DNA of 30,979 bases from Candidatus Nanoarchaeia archaeon (GCA_028279045.1 JANQSZ010000030.1:1-30979), one strand, 5' to 3'; shown: positions 16,005 through 24,051, numbered from the stretch's first letter. Notes: generated by a model not told the origin, from the sequence alone. Made by a program: numbers and translations.

Positions 16005-16820
16005 ATGAACATCTCATCTACGATAAAGTTGAATAATGGTGTAGAAATGCCGCTGCTAGGACTAGGAGTGTGGCAGGCTAAAGATGGCGATGAAACCGTT
16101 GATGCTGTCAAAGCGGCGTTGAAAACAGGGTATAATCATATTGATACTGCTGCGATTTATGGAAATGAGCGCAGCGTTGGCAAGGCAATTAAAGCGATGG
16201 GTGTTCCTCGCAAAGATATTTTTGTTACGACGAAAATCTGGAACGATGATCATGGCGATCCTGAAGCGGCATTTAACACCTCGCTTGAGAAACTCGGATT
16301 AGAGTATGTTGACTTGTATCTGATCCACTGGCCTGTCAAGGAACGGAAAGAAACTTGGCAAGTGATGGAGAAGCTGTACAAAGAAGGAAAAGCACGCGCA
16401 ATTGGCGTGAGTAATTTTACGATCGAACATTTGACAGATTTCTTGAAAGACTGCGAAATAAAACCTGCTGTCAATCAAGTTGAGTTTACGCCTTACTTGA
16501 ATCAAAAGGAATTGCTCGCGTTTTGTCGCGAGAACGACATTCAGCTTGAGGCGTATTCGCCATTGGTTCGAGGGCAGAAATTGGATGACCCACCATTGGT
16601 GGCGTTGGCTGAAAGACATGGTAAAACGCCTGCACAAATTCTTATTCGGTGGTACTTGCAGCAGAATATTGTTGTGATTCCTAAATCTTCAAATGCGAAA
16701 CGAATTCAAGAGAATGCGAATGTGTTTGACTTTGAGTTAACAGATGAAGACATGAAGAATCTGGGAAGCTTGAATGAGAACTTGCGGTTATGCTGGGATC
16801 CAGCAACAGCACCGCTTTAA
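16005..16820 (+). CDS. aldo/keto reductase (2,5-diketo-D-gluconate reductase-like)
   Basis: KLNNGVEMPLLGLGVWQ, GYNHIDTAAIYGNE, LEYVDLYLIHWP, AIGVSNF and VIPKSSNAKRIQEN. ATG at 16005 is preferred over the GTG at 15966. TTTTTATAG (15974..15982) is centred 27 nt upstream. Confidence 0.9.
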   Translation: MNISSTIKLNNGVEMPLLGLGVWQAKDGDETVDAVKAALKTGYNHIDTAAIYGNERSVGKAIKAMGVPRKDIFVTTKIWNDDHGDPEAAFNTSLEKLGLEYVDLYLIHWPVKERKETWQVMEKLYKEGKARAIGVSNFTIEHLTDFLKDCEIKPAVNQVEFTPYLNQKELLAFCRENDIQLEAYSPLVRGQKLDDPPLVALAERHGKTPAQILIRWYLQQNIVVIPKSSNAKRIQENANVFDFELTDEDMKNLGSLNENLRLCWDPATAPL

Positions 16821-17167
16821 GATTGAGGGACTTGCAACTTCTTCGCGCTGTCAACATATCCTGAAAGTCTTCTTTCGGCGCTTATGAGTTCCATCAAGTA
16901 TACTCTTGGTGCACCATTACCTGGTTCTGCGACACTGGTACGAAGGGAAGCTTCTATCTCCTGGTATTTTTCCCATGCGCCCTCAATATTAGCTGCAATA
17001 ACTCCTGCCTCGATCCCCAATCGTGATGCACTGTATGCTTCAACAACTGCGCTTGCATTGCCATTGGCTTCAGTAATTGCATCCGCCCACTTGCCGTTAA
17101 TAGTGTTTAGTCTATCGTCAAGATCTTCTTGTGGTAAGCTTAGTAAACTCAGTGTTATGCTGCTCAT
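16817..17167 (-). CDS. hypothetical helical protein
   Basis: 116-aa ORF with an ATGA overlap to the upstream membrane-protein ORF. No motif recognised. Confidence 0.5.
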   Translation of the reverse strand: MSSITLSLLSLPQEDLDDRLNTINGKWADAITEANGNASAVVEAYSASRLGIEAGVIAANIEGAWEKYQEIEASLRTSVAEPGNGAPRVYLMELISAERRLSGYVDSAKKLQVPQS

Positions 17168-17388
17168 TTTCCTAATGCTGAGATAACAAAGTATAAGCCG
17201 AGGAAGACAAGTGCTGCTATTGCCAAATGAATTGGAGCGAGCACGCGGCCAAGCAGAATGTTAGCGATTGTTAGCGTTATCAGGAACACCAGAGTAAACG
17301 CTATCAAGCGAGCTGCTTGGTTCTTCTTTAAGGCTCTTGACGTTATCACTAGAAAGGATGATGAACCAGTATTCAAAAAGGTTTCCAT
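17164..17388 (-). CDS. small two-TM membrane protein (start uncertain)
   Basis: The track ORF starts at TTG 17478 and would overlap the divergent gene. The only in-frame ATG is at 17388 (METFLNTG...). Hydrophobic segments LIAFTLVFLITLTIANILL and IHLAIAALVFLGLYFVISAL. Confidence 0.45.
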   Translation of the reverse strand: METFLNTGSSSFLVITSRALKKNQAARLIAFTLVFLITLTIANILLGRVLAPIHLAIAALVFLGLYFVISALGK

Positions 17389-17392
17389 AAGG

Positions 17393-17401
17393 TTAATATA
17401 T
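17393..17401 (+). promoter_or_regulatory. TATA box for the Kazal-domain lipoprotein gene (leaderless)
   Basis: TTAATATAT is centred 26 nt upstream of the ATG at 17423, within a 34-nt divergent spacer. Confidence 0.5.
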
Positions 17402-17422
17402 GCTGGAGTATACACTACTGTT

Positions 17423-18001
17423 ATGAAATGGGTATTCCTATTGGGATTAGTTGTGTTGGCTGGCTGCGTAGTTATCAATGAAGCGCCAGCGCCTACAGCA
17501 CCTGCTCCAGATAATGAGCCAGATGTGATTAGACTGCCACCTGAAGCAGAGCTGGTTGCATGTACTTCTGATGTAGACTGTATTCCAAACCCAGGACAAT
17601 GTCACCCTGACAATTGTATCAACAGAAAACATGATGATCTCTTTGAAGTACCACAAGCGTGTACGCGAGAATTCAGAATTGAAGCTGCATACAATGCGCA
17701 AGATTGCGGATGTGTAAATAATGTGTGTACTAATTTGAACGAAGGAAAAGATCAAGCAGAGCCAGAAGACACGACACCGCCACGCGTGCCTGTTGAAGGG
17801 GATTTGGAACAATTTGATTGTACAGAAGAAGCACGAGATGCAGATCTTTGTCCTGCACTATACGATCCTGTCTGTGGATGGTTTGATTCATCTGTAAACT
17901 GTTTAGTGTACCCATGTGCGCAAACATACAGCAACAATTGCGAAGCATGTCGTGTATCACATGTTGAATACTACACGTTAGATGAATGTCCAACAGGATG
18001 A
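17423..18001 (+). CDS. secreted Cys-rich lipoprotein with a C-terminal Kazal-like domain
   Basis: MKWVFLLGLVVLAGC has a lipobox-like LAGC. The C-terminus CPALYDPVCG...TYSNNCEACR......DEC follows the Kazal pattern C-P-x3-Y-x-P-V-C-G ... T-Y-x-N-x-C-x2-C. ATG at 17423 is preferred over the track start at 17258. Confidence 0.6.
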   Translation: MKWVFLLGLVVLAGCVVINEAPAPTAPAPDNEPDVIRLPPEAELVACTSDVDCIPNPGQCHPDNCINRKHDDLFEVPQACTREFRIEAAYNAQDCGCVNNVCTNLNEGKDQAEPEDTTPPRVPVEGDLEQFDCTEEARDADLCPALYDPVCGWFDSSVNCLVYPCAQTYSNNCEACRVSHVEYYTLDECPTG

Positions 18002-18384
18002 AACTAGTTCTCTTAGCTGTACGAAAAGAAGATACGCATAGTACGTATATTTTGGAAAAGGATCAAAACTTTTTTCCATTATTTCGAAAATTCATAGGTG
18101 CGTTGGAAACATATGAGATGGAAGGCTGGGGAAAAGCAGCAGGGGATAAGGGAGAACCCCTTCCAGAAGATTTATCTGTTTTTTCATTAGCAGATCACTA
18201 CGAACATTTGTATGAGAGCCCCGACGGTATTGATACACAAATCATTTATGGAGCGAAGAAAATCTTTGTAACCTTCTTCCATAAACCCGGGCAAGAACAA
18301 AAAATTGCAAACGCTATGTTTGAAATTTCAGAATTTACTTCTTCCGATCGTTCAGAAGATCAAGATAGCCAAGACCGACAGTAA
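17998..18384 (+). CDS. hypothetical protein
   Basis: ORF with an ATGA overlap to the preceding stop (alternative ATG at 17986). Acidic C-terminus. No motif recognised. Confidence 0.45.
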   Translation: MKLVLLAVRKEDTHSTYILEKDQNFFPLFRKFIGALETYEMEGWGKAAGDKGEPLPEDLSVFSLADHYEHLYESPDGIDTQIIYGAKKIFVTFFHKPGQEQKIANAMFEISEFTSSDRSEDQDSQDRQ

Positions 18385-18757
18385 GCAAGAACGTAATTCC
18401 GTAAATGAAAATACTGAACTGATCAATTGAGCTAAAGAGTTCTGGTGCTTGCAAGATTGTTGAAATTATGACTTCTAGCAAGCCGAGTAAGAAAATTATT
18501 GAGAGTACTGCTGCGACGCCGTTGAACAACGGGCCGGGCAAGTTGAACGGAAACGTCAACATTCTGAATCCGTCTGCTGCCACAACAACAATTGCGATAG
18601 CGATTATTAAGAGAATCTGACTGTTCAGGAAAGAAACAATTGCATCCAGAATATTGTTGCTAATAATTGCGTTTGCGATGTTCGCAAGTAAAAGGAACAA
18701 CAGGAAAATAAGAGACCCTACTGTCTTCGCAAGGATTAATTTGATTATTGAACGCAT
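18335..18757 (-). CDS. multi-pass membrane protein
   Basis: 140 aa with about four hydrophobic helices. Convergent 50-nt overlap with the previous ORF. Confidence 0.55.
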   Translation of the reverse strand: MRSIIKLILAKTVGSLIFLLFLLLANIANAIISNNILDAIVSFLNSQILLIIAIAIVVVAADGFRMLTFPFNLPGPLFNGVAAVLSIIFLLGLLEVIISTILQAPELFSSIDQFSIFIYGITFLLTVGLGYLDLLNDRKK

Positions 18758-18808
18758 AGATTTAGTGATATTTTGTGGTTTATAAATGTTGCAGTATTCT
18801 TATAAGTC

Positions 18809-19102
18809 GTGGATGGTTCGCGTATCGTCATGGAACGTATTTACATCACTGTGCTTGCAGCAGTGTATGCGATGATCATAGAAGTGGTTATTCATGTCTA
18901 CCCACAAAACGGATTGTGGTTGCGATTTTTGCAGGTGGGCGTGTTACTTATCTACTTAGTAGGCTATGAGTCAATCATTGCTCAAGATCGAAGGATCTCT
19001 GCTGCCAAAATGGAGCGTGTACGCCAAGAGGCGCTCGAGCTACAGAAGGAGCTCTATAAGGCGCAAGCAGAGCTGGATCATTGCAAAAGAAATATAAACT
19101 GA
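18809..19102 (+). CDS. small membrane protein with a C-terminal coiled coil
   Basis: Two TM segments, then RQEALELQKELYKAQAELD. The GTG at 18809 lies about 26 nt after TTTATAAA (18779..18786). An alternative ATG is at 18830. Confidence 0.5.
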   Translation: MDGSRIVMERIYITVLAAVYAMIIEVVIHVYPQNGLWLRFLQVGVLLIYLVGYESIIAQDRRISAAKMERVRQEALELQKELYKAQAELDHCKRNIN

Positions 19103-19120
19103 TATCACCCACTTAGGACC

Positions 19121-19237
19121 ATGAAGAAAACAAAGAAAACAGAGCTCATATACGTGACTGCGAAGCCGTCAAAGCATTTTATTGAGATAGAGAGACTCAT
19201 TAAAGACTGGGAGAAGTCACTCAGTCAATTTGCGTAA
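19121..19237 (+). CDS. possible small basic protein (38 aa), below the ORF-track cutoff
   Basis: ATG..TAA ORF MKKTKKTELIYVTAKPSKHFIEIERLIKDWEKSLSQFA fills an otherwise empty 166-nt spacer. There is no strong SD or TATA, so this is weak. Confidence 0.3.
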   Translation: MKKTKKTELIYVTAKPSKHFIEIERLIKDWEKSLSQFA

Positions 19238-19268
19238 GATATTAATTCTGAAGGAAATTTTTTGATGT

Positions 19269-19856
19269 ATGCATACTGAGGCCATACAGCATTTGCAGCA
19301 GGATCCGGTGATGGATCAAATCATAGCAGATATCGGACCTTGTGAGTTCAAAGCGAGAAAGGGATATTTTCAATCACTAGTGCGGACGATTATCTCTCAA
19401 CAAATTTCTTGGCAGGCTGCAAATACAATACGGAATCGAGTGTATGGCGTGTTGGAAAACAAAGTGACACCCGAACGCGTATTGCAAGTGAGCGATGATG
19501 AACTGCGTGCAGCTGGATTGTCACCCCAGAAAGTTGCGTATGTCAAAGATTTGGCGCAGCATTTTTATGATAAACGGATTAATGTTCGGAAGTTGAAGTA
19601 TCAGAGTGATGAAGAAGTGCTGCAAGAGATAACGGCGGTAAAAGGATTAGGTGTGTGGAGCGCAGAAATGTTCATGATGTTTGCGCTGGGAAGAATGGAT
19701 GTGTTTTCTGTACAGGATATTGGGATACAACGCGCTATTCATAATGAATATGGATTGCGGAAGCGGCCCTCTGCGAGACGAATGCTAGAAATTGCTCGGC
19801 CATGGCGACCGTATCGGAGTATTGCGATGTGGTACTTGTGGCGGAAAGTGGATTAA
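19269..19856 (+). CDS. alkA: HhH-GPD DNA glycosylase (AlkA / 3-methyladenine glycosylase II-like)
   Basis: [18 protein letters not shown]..., Hh[37 protein letters not shown] with the catalytic Asp context, and [12 protein letters not shown]. Confidence 0.8.
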   Translation: MHTEAIQHLQQDPVMDQIIADIGPCEFKARKGYFQSLVRTIISQQISWQAANTIRNRVYGVLENKVTPERVLQVSDDELRAAGLSPQKVAYVKDLAQHFYDKRINVRKLKYQSDEEVLQEITAVKGLGVWSAEMFMMFALGRMDVFSVQDIGIQRAIHNEYGLRKRPSARRMLEIARPWRPYRSIAMWYLWRKVD

Positions 19857-20317
19857 CACGTATTCCGTCCGCGCTTTGCTAAATATTTCTGGTGGTAGTC
19901 TTCAGCTTCGTTGAAGTTGCCTGCAGGTGCAATCTCTGTTACGATTTTTGACTCTTTGAACTTTTCTTGCATCTCTTTCAATGATTCTTCAGCAAGTTTT
20001 TGCTGTTCATCGCTGTGGAAGAAAATAGCAGAACGGTATTGCGAGCCGACATCAGGGCCCTGCCTGTTTAGTGTTGTTGGATCGTGATTCTCCCAAAAGA
20101 TTTTGAGGAGTTCTTTGTAGGAAATTTTGTTTTGATCATAAGTGATTTCAACTGCTTCTGCATGGCCTGTTTTACCGGAGCAGACTTGATCGTAGCTCGC
20201 GTTATCCACGTGGCCGCCGATATAGCCGACGCGGGTTTTTTCCACACCAGGAAGTTTCCTGAACAGCTCTTCAGGGCCCCAGAAACATCCTGCAGCGAAT
20301 GTTGCGATTTCTGTCAT
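19853..20317 (-). CDS. msrA: peptide-methionine (S)-S-oxide reductase
   Basis: [20 protein letters not shown]...[20 protein letters not shown] and [14 protein letters not shown]. Confidence 0.95.
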   Translation of the reverse strand: MTEIATFAAGCFWGPEELFRKLPGVEKTRVGYIGGHVDNASYDQVCSGKTGHAEAVEITYDQNKISYKELLKIFWENHDPTTLNRQGPDVGSQYRSAIFFHSDEQQKLAEESLKEMQEKFKESKIVTEIAPAGNFNEAEDYHQKYLAKRGRNTC

Positions 20318-20360
20318 ACTACTGATTTGAGAAGGTTGGTTTATATGCTTTTACCCAAAT

Positions 20361-21002
20361 TCATACCTTTTCAAGTGTGATTTGACCAGACAAATCGTTA
20401 ACTTGTACAGAACAGATGTATTTTCCTTTTGGTAAGGTGTCGTCGGCGTAGAGGGAGAGATAGAGCACTGTGTTCTGATTTGATTCGGTTGTTGCGGACT
20501 CTATCTGAAATCTTTCTTGCAATGCATCTGGAGCACAGCTGGCAACTACAGGCGTTGTTTCTGTTGTTGCACCAAGATGATAATACGCAACAGGGACATT
20601 GTATGTTCCGCTGTCAATTCTAATGACATTTCCTGGAACCACAAGGCGGTCGTTTTCTGTTGCGAAGACGCCGGCAGGAACATCGTAAATATTGTTATCG
20701 AACGACACGGATAGGTCGCTGTAGATGACAGCGAAACCAGTTGTTATGATGAGTGCTGGGATGACGATGATGATAGAGATCAGCATGGAGCCGCGCTCGT
20801 GGCGTTCTTGTTTCATCAATGATGCGCGGTATACCAGCATTGCTCCTAAGAGTACTGCGAGGAGAGATGCGCCCATGTACTGAACAGGGATTTGGGAGAA
20901 TGTGAAGTAGGAACCGGTGAAGAAAAGGAAAGCGAAACCAGCGAGAAACGTAATGACGCCTAGAAAAAAGGTGAACACTTTGAAGAGGGTTTGGATGCCC
21001 AT
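20361..21002 (-). CDS. membrane protein with three N-terminal TM helices and an extracytoplasmic beta-rich domain
   Basis: 213-aa ORF with hydrophobic N-terminal ~100 aa. No motif recognised. Confidence 0.5.
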   Translation of the reverse strand: MGIQTLFKVFTFFLGVITFLAGFAFLFFTGSYFTFSQIPVQYMGASLLAVLLGAMLVYRASLMKQERHERGSMLISIIIVIPALIITTGFAVIYSDLSVSFDNNIYDVPAGVFATENDRLVVPGNVIRIDSGTYNVPVAYYHLGATTETTPVVASCAPDALQERFQIESATTESNQNTVLYLSLYADDTLPKGKYICSVQVNDLSGQITLEKV

Positions 21003-21033
21003 AGGTGTTCTTTGGGAAGGAGTGTATATATAG

Positions 21034-21534
21034 TTAACTCATGAGCTTCTTTGTGAGAGTGAGTTGGCGGGCTTTGATTGTTTTCTTGCCGTTTGTGATA
21101 TTCAAGGATGCTTCTCGGATTTTGGTGCAGTGCTCTACGATCTTGTGGACTTCCACCTCGAAACCAGCTTTTTGCAAGAGGGGAATGCACTTTTTTTGGC
21201 GTTTGCTTAATTGTTCGTGTCCTAATTTGCACTCTACGAATTTGAACTGGCCGTGGCGGAAACAAATGAAGTCAGGCATGCCGTGATGGACAGCGCAGAG
21301 ATATTCGAGGTACTCTCGCTTCTTTGGATGGTACTTGTCAAGAAGGTGATGTAGTAATTGATAGCGGAAGCGAACATTGGGGTAGACTTCGTCCATTCTT
21401 AGGATGTTAATTGCACCGCCCCGCCAGACTTCCCAGCCTTGCTTTTGCAAGCGTTGCTTGATGAGTTTTTCTGATAAGCCTACGCGGTTTTTGTAATTTC
21501 TACGCAGCGGAATGTAGTAAACGGTGAGGTACAT
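21034..21534 (-). CDS. PD-(D/E)xK nuclease (VRR-NUC / Hjc-like)
   Basis: GLSEKLIKQRLQKQGWEVWRGG ... GMPDFICF..GQFKFVECK...LSKRQ...LQKAGFEVEV gives an E...PD...E-x-K arrangement. ATG at 21534 is preferred because the upstream 46 codons of the track ORF run through the tRNA gene. Confidence 0.6.
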   Translation of the reverse strand: MYLTVYYIPLRRNYKNRVGLSEKLIKQRLQKQGWEVWRGGAINILRMDEVYPNVRFRYQLLHHLLDKYHPKKREYLEYLCAVHHGMPDFICFRHGQFKFVECKLGHEQLSKRQKKCIPLLQKAGFEVEVHKIVEHCTKIREASLNITNGKKTIKARQLTLTKKLMS

Positions 21535-21546
21535 GATTAGAAAGTG

Positions 21547-21715
21547 CGCCGGCGCTGGGACACAACACAATCTACGATTGTGTGTGCATAAAATCGAAGA
21601 TTTTATTGCATTCAACTCACCGGCCAGTACGTCGACCGAAAAGTTTTTGAACCCAGGAGTTCTTTCGGACACTGAGGTCTTAACTCAGCGGCTTACCGGA
21701 CTAGCCTACGCCGGC
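21547..21715 (-). tRNA. class II tRNA-Leu with an 85-nt intron in the T-loop; anticodon loop UUAAGAC (anticodon AAG by standard numbering)
   Basis: Hand-folded cloverleaf: GCCGGCG-UA-GGCU-AGUCCGGUA-AGCC-G-CUGAG-UUAAGAC-CUCAG, 15-nt variable arm, CUGGG-UUCAAA[intron]U-CCCAG-CGCCGGC-G. G18G19 and the UUCAAAU T-loop are present after intron removal. No encoded CCA. Mature length is about 84 nt. Intron borders are +/-2 nt. Confidence 0.75.
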
Positions 21716-21818
21716 ACACTACATTTCTTCCTGTGTCGGAATTTATTCTTTCACTCTTTTTTCTCGTAAATCTTTCGAAAGAAGTCTGTTTATATTCTCT
21801 GCGGGTGGTTGGCCAGTG

Positions 21819-22064
21819 CTACTTCCATCTCTCAAGAGTAGGAAGAATCTCTTTTGCCATTCGTAGTGCTTCGTCTTTAGAAAACGGGAGCTCCTTGAGC
21901 ATTTGCTTGGAAGCAATCTGGACCATTTCATCCATGGAAACGTCTTTGGTGAAGCTGCCTTTTTTGTAGCAACTAATGCAATACGTTTCGCTTGGCGCTC
22001 CTGTTGTCTCGGTTCCGAATGATTCTGGGCGGAGCCGGAGACTACAGCTCTGACATTGATCCAT
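21819..22064 (-). CDS. putative zinc-ribbon domain protein
   Basis: 81 aa with CQSC...YCISCY (C-x2-C ... C-x2-C), followed by KKGSFTKDVSMDEMVQ... and a C-terminal ...LERWK, as in the small putative-zinc-ribbon family. Confidence 0.65.
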   Translation of the reverse strand: MDQCQSCSLRLRPESFGTETTGAPSETYCISCYKKGSFTKDVSMDEMVQIASKQMLKELPFSKDEALRMAKEILPTLERWK

Positions 22065-22090
22065 TGATTAATTTTTGGTGATGGTGGTAT

Positions 22091-22594
22091 TTATAGATTG
22101 GGTTTAGAACTCAGCTCAGCTGCGTAACTTTGTTCAACTGTACGATCCAACTCTGTTGGAAATCCTCTTGGCATAAGATGTTCTTGCCTCATTTGATTTC
22201 CCCATTGAGCGTTGCGTACAATTGTTTCCATCGGCAATCCTGAATCGTACCCTATGCTTTGAGCCAATCTCGTGATCACGTTACCCGCAAAAAGCGCTTC
22301 ACTAGAACGGATAACAACATCAAGAAGACCTAGTTTGAATGCGTCCCCTAACTCACCAGCTGAGAATAACTCACCGCTGCTCAAATTAATCACCATATCG
22401 GGCAATGCCCCATACGTAGGTATTGTGTATTGGCCGTCACGCCACATTTCTTGGTGGTTTTCTCGGCCAGCGTGAACGTCTGCCTGCAATGCCAACTCAG
22501 GCACGAAACGCCATTGCCTTTGCTGAGCTGCTACATACTCACGAATTTCACTAATATGGTCATCAGTCATGCGGCCGATTGATTGTGGATTCAT
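22091..22594 (-). CDS. hypothetical protein
   Basis: 167-aa ORF. A TATA-like AATTATAA lies about 28 nt upstream of the ATG. No motif recognised. Confidence 0.5.
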   Translation of the reverse strand: MNPQSIGRMTDDHISEIREYVAAQQRQWRFVPELALQADVHAGRENHQEMWRDGQYTIPTYGALPDMVINLSSGELFSAGELGDAFKLGLLDVVIRSSEALFAGNVITRLAQSIGYDSGLPMETIVRNAQWGNQMRQEHLMPRGFPTELDRTVEQSYAAELSSKPNL

Positions 22595-22671
22595 ATGAGA
22601 TGGTAAGTGTTGTTTAGTTATAATTCTTTCTCAAAGGAATCTATTTATAATGGTAGAATATTCTTATCTAC

Positions 22672-23049
22672 ATGAACCAAGACGAACTCGTAGCTATGTT
22701 TAACAAACTGAAGAAGTTAATGAAGCCGTACGAGAAACACTTTACGAAAAAGTTTGACTTGGATAGCAAATATGACTTGTGGTCTGTTAAGGATTTGGTT
22801 ATTGAAGGCCGGAAGCGAAAAGAAGTGTTTTTCGCTGGGCTGATTATACAAAGTAGTTATGTAGGATTCTATTACATGCCGATTTATGTTGAGAAAGATA
22901 TGGCAACGGTATTTGAGCCTGAATTGTTGGCTACATTGAAAGGGAAATCGTGCTTTCATATTAAGAAGTTGGACGCAAAACTTGAGAAGCAAATTGCAAT
23001 TGCGCTGAAGAAAGGATTTGCACTGTATAAGAAACGCGGCTGGGTCTAG
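22672..23049 (+). CDS. hypothetical protein, possibly YdhG/DUF1801-like
   Basis: 125 aa. The ...YYMPIY......L..LKGKSCFHIKKLD... pattern is reminiscent of that family. TTTATAA (22644..22650) is centred 25 nt upstream (leaderless). Confidence 0.4.
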   Translation: MNQDELVAMFNKLKKLMKPYEKHFTKKFDLDSKYDLWSVKDLVIEGRKRKEVFFAGLIIQSSYVGFYYMPIYVEKDMATVFEPELLATLKGKSCFHIKKLDAKLEKQIAIALKKGFALYKKRGWV

Positions 23050-24005
23050 TTTTTTTCAACGTACTCGTAGACAGTTTGTGAAACTTCTGCTATCACTTTA
23101 TTCGCTTGATCGTTTGAAGTGTCTTTACTCATAATGCATATAAGATACGGAGATGAAGCGTACACGATGCCACAGTCATGGTGACTCTGATCGTTTTCAT
23201 TAACGCCAATTTTATGAGCGACTATGACGTGCTTTGGAACACCGGCTGGAATTCCTTCTTCAAATTCTGTTTTAGTCAGCAGCGAAAGTGCGAATTGTGA
23301 AAAGGGTCTTCGTAGATAATTAGAGTAATAAAGTGTGCGGAAAACGGTGCTATATTTCTTAGGAGAGATGATCGTGGGCTGTTCTGGATTAGGGAGAGGT
23401 ATGTCCGTGGCAAGACGTGCTTCCTCAAGAGACTTTCGCGAAAGTAATCTGCGCAGTGTTCTCGATGCTGTATTGTCAGATTCAAGTGCAATCAATTCTA
23501 ACAGTTCCTCGACTGAAATAACATATGCGTCTCCTTTTCCTACCAGATTTCCGGACCGAATATTAAAATCGTCCTCATTCACTTTCACATCCTTGTCCAA
23601 GGAAAGTTTGCCTTGCTCTATTTGCTTGAGCGCAGCAATCATTGTGGATACTTTGAGCAAGCTTGCAGGGACATATTCTTCACCTTCATTCACGCCAATC
23701 CACGAACCAGTTGCCAGATCTTCATAGTACATACTGTATGTTCCGGGCTGAGAAAGTAGTATTCTGCTGACCTGCTGCCGAAGCGGGCGATAGGCTAGGG
23801 TGTATGAATCCTGTTGATTAAGAAATTCATCCATATTAACTTGAGCAGCTTGCGGATTAAGGAGTTCATATTTGGTATCTTCAACAGTAACAAATCCTGT
23901 CGGAGAGTTTCCTTTTCCAACCACAAACGCTAAGATAAGAATTATGACGAACTGGACTAGGATTAAACTATAGAGTCTTGTTTTTGTGATACGGAAGCGT
24001 ACCAC
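23046..24005 (-). CDS. membrane-anchored class A beta-lactamase-fold serine hydrolase
   Basis: N-terminal TM (LYSLILVQFVIILILAFVV). S-x-x-K as PASLLKV, SDN as LESDNTAS, and a KTG-like AHKIGV. GTG start. Confidence 0.7.
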   Translation of the reverse strand: MVRFRITKTRLYSLILVQFVIILILAFVVGKGNSPTGFVTVEDTKYELLNPQAAQVNMDEFLNQQDSYTLAYRPLRQQVSRILLSQPGTYSMYYEDLATGSWIGVNEGEEYVPASLLKVSTMIAALKQIEQGKLSLDKDVKVNEDDFNIRSGNLVGKGDAYVISVEELLELIALESDNTASRTLRRLLSRKSLEEARLATDIPLPNPEQPTIISPKKYSTVFRTLYYSNYLRRPFSQFALSLLTKTEFEEGIPAGVPKHVIVAHKIGVNENDQSHHDCGIVYASSPYLICIMSKDTSNDQANKVIAEVSQTVYEYVEKN

Positions 24006-24051
24006 TGTGCACCCCCATGAAATGGGGTATTGTTGAAGGATAAAAACCTTC

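Noticed and set aside
21544-21555. Identical 12-nt GTGCGCCGGCGC at 21544..21555 and 30410..30421 as att-like direct repeats bounding a ~9-kb insertion
   Set aside because: Both copies are simply the 3' acceptor ends of two complete, paralogous tRNA-Leu genes. The interval contains ordinary genes and no integrase.
21535-21672. N-terminal 46 codons of track ORF 21034..21672, and similar upstream extensions at 5816..5926, 7701..7805, 12734..12796, 15966..16004 and 17258..17422
   Set aside because: The extensions mostly begin at TTG or GTG, run through a tRNA gene, promoter spacers or neighbouring genes, and lack similarity to homologues. Internal ATGs with correctly spaced TATA or SD elements fit better.
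24013-24027. 6-bp hairpin CCCCAT-GAA-ATGGGG just upstream of the GTG start at 24005, potentially sequestering a GGGGGTG SD-like motif
   Set aside because: It is too short and isolated to call a regulatory element from sequence alone. It is noted only as a possibility.
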